A DNA stretch of 64,000 nt. It comes from Lama guanicoe (taxonomy: Eukaryota). The stretch spans positions 9,321,352 through 9,385,351 of the forward strand of contig MU053934.1 in assembly GCA_013239625.1 (NCBI GenBank). The letters run 5' to 3'. Position 1 is the stretch's first letter. Every line of letters begins with the position of its first letter. The notes beneath the pieces are model-generated. The model did no database searches. It had not been told where the DNA came from and saw only the letters and a program-made list of their open reading frames with translations. Shown here one piece after another: positions 59,615-64,000 of this stretch. The translations under genes and the position numbers were made by a program.

Positions 59615-61093
59615 CAGTCCAACAGTAGACATCCCATTGAATTTATGCGATCAAGGTAAAACTTTCAGAAGTTAATTCTGACAAGGTGACTTGGGTGACA
59701 CAATTGTGGGCATGCATGTAAATTCAGCTAGAAGTTCAGCAAGAAGACAAGGTGATTTTTTTTTTTGCAGGGATCATAATGATACAGATTCCAATAGTAA
59801 AAGCCACGTTCCTACTACAGTCACAAACCCATGGAGTTGAGATGCACTTGGCTGGGGTGCACATAGAACTCGTAATTGCCCCAAGCCGTGAGTCAGGAGC
59901 TGCAGTGACCAGCCTTCACGTGTGCTTTCACACGTGCCCTGTGTTGACATGGCATCGCATACGAAGCGCCCCTGCCCACAGAGCACACGCGGTCCCCCTC
60001 GCCCTCAGCACCAAGCCCCCCGGAGCCTTGCTTCCTGAATCAGCCCAAGAGACCTACAATGTTCACCAGTGTTTGGGAAGTGAGTTTGCTAGATTTCATT
60101 TGCAATTTGTTAAAAAAAGAAAAAATCTGTCAGAAATCCTTAATCAAATATTTCAACAAATACAGCACCAAAAAGCTTCCATGTTGGAAGCCTTTACAGA
60201 ATTGCAAGGAGTCAAAATGCAGCTTGCAAACCTGAAGACATTAAAATTCATCCTGACAAAAGCGGGGGAGGAGCTGATCACATTCACCCGTAGGGAGCCG
60301 AAGGTGACAAGAGTTCATTCTGGAAATCGTACAATTACCCGCTGGAGTAGCTTGACATGTGGGAAGCATCTGTTGATGGAGTTCCTATTATTAATTGGGT
60401 ACATTTATATTCGGGATGGAAAAGGAAAGCCCACGAGATTGGCGGCATCTTCTCAGAGTCATACATAGAGACAACTTCTTTGAACAGTGCTTGTGAAAAC
60501 GAGCTGAAATATTTACACGTTTCAATGCAAAACATTAGAATTTAGAACTTCCTTTGTTTGCAGAATTCTCTGAGTTTACCGGGTGCCCCCAGCCCTGCAG
60601 AGAGAGAGTCTTCTCAACTAAAATGTTGTTGATTTGCAGAGAAGCATTGATTGAAGATATCAACACAGTCATATCATATGCAGCTTTGAAGATTATTGGA
60701 AAATTGATGGAAATAAACCTTAGAAATAGTCAGGCTATATTTTTAAAAATGCACCGCAGAGATAAATTCCAGGAACAGACAGAAACAGATGGGGCTCAAA
60801 GATGTGCCTAAGAATCGACACTCTACATACGTTATTTTTTTAGTGTTCATAATCAATATATGAGAGAGGCTTAATTTTTTTAGTGGGCCTAATGTTCCCT
60901 GATATAATTTACTGAAATTATTTCAGAAATAATTGGATTTTTGTAAGTTTTTGAATGTAACTATTTTATAGAACCACCATTAAAAGAAAACTAATTTGTT
61001 AGTTCAAGCAACTGATAATTTAAATGATTTTTAGTGCCTACCCCAGCCCTTTCAAAAAGTGTCCTTGTTTGGATGATAAATTACTTGTTCCCC
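59615..61093 (+). mobile_element. BLACKJACK-like hAT DNA transposon fossil (decayed transposase 3' half plus terminal repeat)
   Basis: AT-rich island; frameshifted peptide remnants (NQIFQQIQHQKASMLEAFTELQ; ERVFS motif typical of the hAT dimerization domain); right end ccctttcaaaaagtgtccttgtttggatgataaattacttgttcccc resembles the BLACKJACK/MER94-family terminus. Confidence 0.8.
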
Positions 61094-61203
61094 AAATTTG
61101 GCTGGCTGCCCAGGCCCCAGCCCCACTTTCACTCTGCCACCAGCTGGCCCCTCTGCTCCTCCCGGGGCCTGGACGGTCCCTTGCCCTGCTCCGTCCATGG
61201 ATG

Positions 61204-61322
61204 CCTGGGGTCCTTTACCCTCCCCTGGGGTCTCTGTCCCTCCTTGGGGTTCTTGTCCCTCCCCTGGGGTCTCCGCCCTCCCCTGGGGTCTCTGTCCCTC
61301 TCCTGGGGTCTCTGTCCCTCCT
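61204..61322. repeat. About 6 copies of a ~20-bp GC-rich minisatellite (CCTGGGGTCTCTGTCCCTCC)
   Basis: Directly visible imperfect tandem units of 19-20 bp. Confidence 0.9.
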
Positions 61323-64000
61323 CTCCGGCAGTGCCCAGGACTGAGGGGTGTGGAGGCTTCGCCCAGGACTGGACTGTCTGGATCTGCTCCTGATGTTGCC
61401 TGAGAATGGACACTTGGGGTCGCATAGCCCTCCAGCCAGCCCTGCCATGGAACCCGACAACCTCACTGTGCGAAAGTCTGCATCACGATGGCCAAGCAGC
61501 CCTGTCCCAGCTGTGCCAGCCCTGCTCCTACCGCCTCCCCCATGTCGACTGTCCAGTCCTCAAGCCCAGCCCTGCCGTGGCTTCCTCTCCTCGCAAAGCT
61601 CAGAACTGAGGTCACAGGCACAGTAGGAGGGAGGGGTAGAGCCGAGCTTCGAACCAGTGGGGACTCCAGAGCGCACTTTCTTGACCACTAGGCCACCCTC
61701 TCCAGAGACGTGAGTGGCCGGTGTCAGGTCCACCTTCCACAGCACACGTGACTCCCTGTGCCCCGAAGGGCATGGGCCACTGGAGAGGGGCTCCCAGAAC
61801 ATCTGACTCATTCTTGCCCCCCCGTTCATCCACTGTGCAGCCAGCAGGTCAGGCATCTACTGTGTGCACGCTGGGCCCTTGGAGAGCTTTCAGCTCAGCC
61901 TCTGCCCTCAAGGACTCGCAGTCTAAAGGGGGCACAACAGCATAAACCAGTAAATCTCCTGGGGCAGCAAGGGCCCTCCGACAGGCCCACCTGGTCCTCC
62001 TTCTCCAATAACTCCTCCTTGTCTTCTCTTGACAAGCTTCTGCTCCCTCATCACCTTCTCCAGGAAGCCCTCTTGACCTTCAGGCTGGGCTCCAGGACCC
62101 CCACGTCTCCGTCGTCAGGGCCCTGCCCAGAGAAGAAGCAGGGAGGGCTTCCCAGAGGAAGGGAGCAGGAGCTTTGTCTCAGACGGTGAGCAGGAGTCAG
62201 CCTGGCAGAGAAGGGAAGCGAGGACCCAGATGGAGTCTCAGGTCAGACAGGGCCATGGTGGGTGGGGGGCTTGGTGTGGGCAGAGAGCTGTGGTCCGTGC
62301 AGCAGGGAAGTCAGCAACCTCTCTCCCTGCGTTGGGCCTGGAGGGAGACAGGGAGACTTCTGAAGGCCACAGAGGAGGAGCCTCCGGGCACCAGAGGACC
62401 AGTCCTGCCTCCACCCTTCTCTCCCAGGATGCTGAGCTCAGCCCCCAAGGCTCAGGGGAAGTTCCATATTGCAGACCTGGGAGAGAGGCTGGACAAGGCT
62501 TATCGCCCTGTGGGCGGTGCCAGGCCTCCTGCCACGTGGCCCAGGACGGGTCAGGTGGAGCAGGGGCTGGTCCGTTCACCCTCATGTTACAGCTGGGCCA
62601 CAGAGGCCTCGGAGCAGGGCCTGAATAGCCCCCGGGGCTGCAGGCTGGGGGAGAGAGCACTGAGCTGGGGGTTCTCAGCTCCCCATCCTCCAGGGCTCTG
62701 CCTTCCCCCAGGGCTGCCTCTTTCTCCCACTGGCAGGCAGAGCAACCCCTGCCCCTGGGGGACGCTGGCACACGACTGGCCAACGTGGGAATCATGGGGG
62801 CTTGTCACACCGGGTTTTGGAAGAGCTGTGTCCTCCCAATTCTATTTTACAAAGAGGGAGATAGGCCCAGAGAGAAGTAACTGGCCTGCCGGAGACCCCA
62901 AGGTGGGCAGCCGCCTAATCAAGTGGCCCCCAGGTCCCCAGTGCTGAGGGGAGACACCCTCCTCGGGACGAGGGCTGATGATGGCTCTTTCTCATGGGGG
63001 TGGGGGATGAGGGTGGGGAGACTGGAGAGAGGGGAGGAGGAGAGGCCGGGACCCTGGCAGAGGGAGGGCCACGTCTGACCAGACCTCTGTGGGGCTGTGC
63101 CTGGCCACCAGCCTCAGAGGCAGGGAGGGCGCAGCTTCTGCTAAAAAGCAAAGGAACACCTGCTGGTCGTTGAACCCACACCCACGACTGGTTTGGCCAG
63201 TTCTTAATGTCCTCCTCGAGCCTGGGTTGGCTCATTGGACCTGACGGGTGATTCTGCCAGGCCTACTATGCGCCAGCCTACACTTTAGTGGGGAGGGGAC
63301 TCGGCCCTGGGCTGGCCTGGGCTTCATCGCCGGGTCTGTAAAATGAGGAGTTGCCTCCAGTCACTGAGAGCCCTGCAGCCCCCACTTAGGGACAAGGCCT
63401 GGCGCCCAGGGCTAGAGAGGAGCCAGCGCTGATTCTCCGCCTACCGTGTGCCCGGCGCTCAACCAAGGGGTCTCACACCCACCAGGAGTCTCACGCCCCT
63501 GGCTTGGTGAAGCCTCGCTCCAGCCTCGGATGGCTGTCTCTTAGGCAAGTGAACAGATGCTCTAAGAGGGGCCTGTAAATTACAGAGATCTGGAGGGCCC
63601 CCCAGGGGGCTCTCCCTCCAACCACCCTCCTCCTCCAAGCTCAGGAACCTTCTGTGGCTCCCCATTGCCCAGAGAATGGAGTCCAAACTCCAGGGTCTGG
63701 TGTTCCTGGGGTGCCAGAATACACTCCTTCCTCCTTCTGCTCGGCAGCAGCTCTTCCCAGGTGGATGGCTTGGCCTGGGAGTGAGCTGGGGCCAGGAGGC
63801 AGGACGAACGGGCTCTGCGGTCCCCGTGACCAGCTGTGCCCCACGTGCCTGGCAAGTTAAGTCGCTTGTCCCTCGGGAGAAAGGGAGACACCTGTGAATT
63901 AGGGACAGAGGTGCCTGGAAAGCTCCCCTCCTGGCCCACATCCACCACCACACGGTGCTGCCCAGCGCATGCCCATGCTCCAGCCAACCTTAATCTTCAC

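Noticed and set aside
61204..61322. CRISPR-like repeat array
   Set aside because: Units are directly tandem with no unique spacers, in a mammalian context with no cas genes.
46760..64000. WNT7B exons
   Set aside because: No Wnt-like cysteine-patterned translation in any listed frame; the gene is inferred only from synteny and would lie beyond the window.

Overview
Mammalian genomic DNA, very likely from a camelid (camel, alpaca or llama), judged from two tRNA-derived Vic-1-type SINEs and a young L1 3' end. The only protein-coding sequence I can support is the 3' end of ATXN10 on the + strand: a long intron (1-19277), the 188-nt last sense-coding exon (19278-19465), and a terminal exon that begins with the TGA stop codon (19929) and carries the 3' UTR to roughly 21.1-21.8 kb. 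The remainder is GC- and CpG-rich intergenic DNA. In other mammals this interval lies between ATXN10 and WNT7B, but no WNT7B exon is visible here. It is dense in ancient interspersed repeats (L1, L2, MIR, MLT1/MLT2 LTRs, hAT and Tigger DNA transposons, and a BLACKJACK-like transposase fossil). Almost all ORFs in the supplied track are GC-rich or repeat-derived artefacts. I found no convincing novel gene or multi-gene system. The best leads are: a possible in-frame alternative downstream exon for ATXN10, candidate enhancers with TCF/LEF, homeodomain, POU and AP-1 motif clusters, a MER20-derived CTCF site with its upstream motif, an orphan CpG island, and recursive-splice-like motifs. Repeat family names come from recalled consensus sequences and repeat boundaries are approximate (tens of bp).
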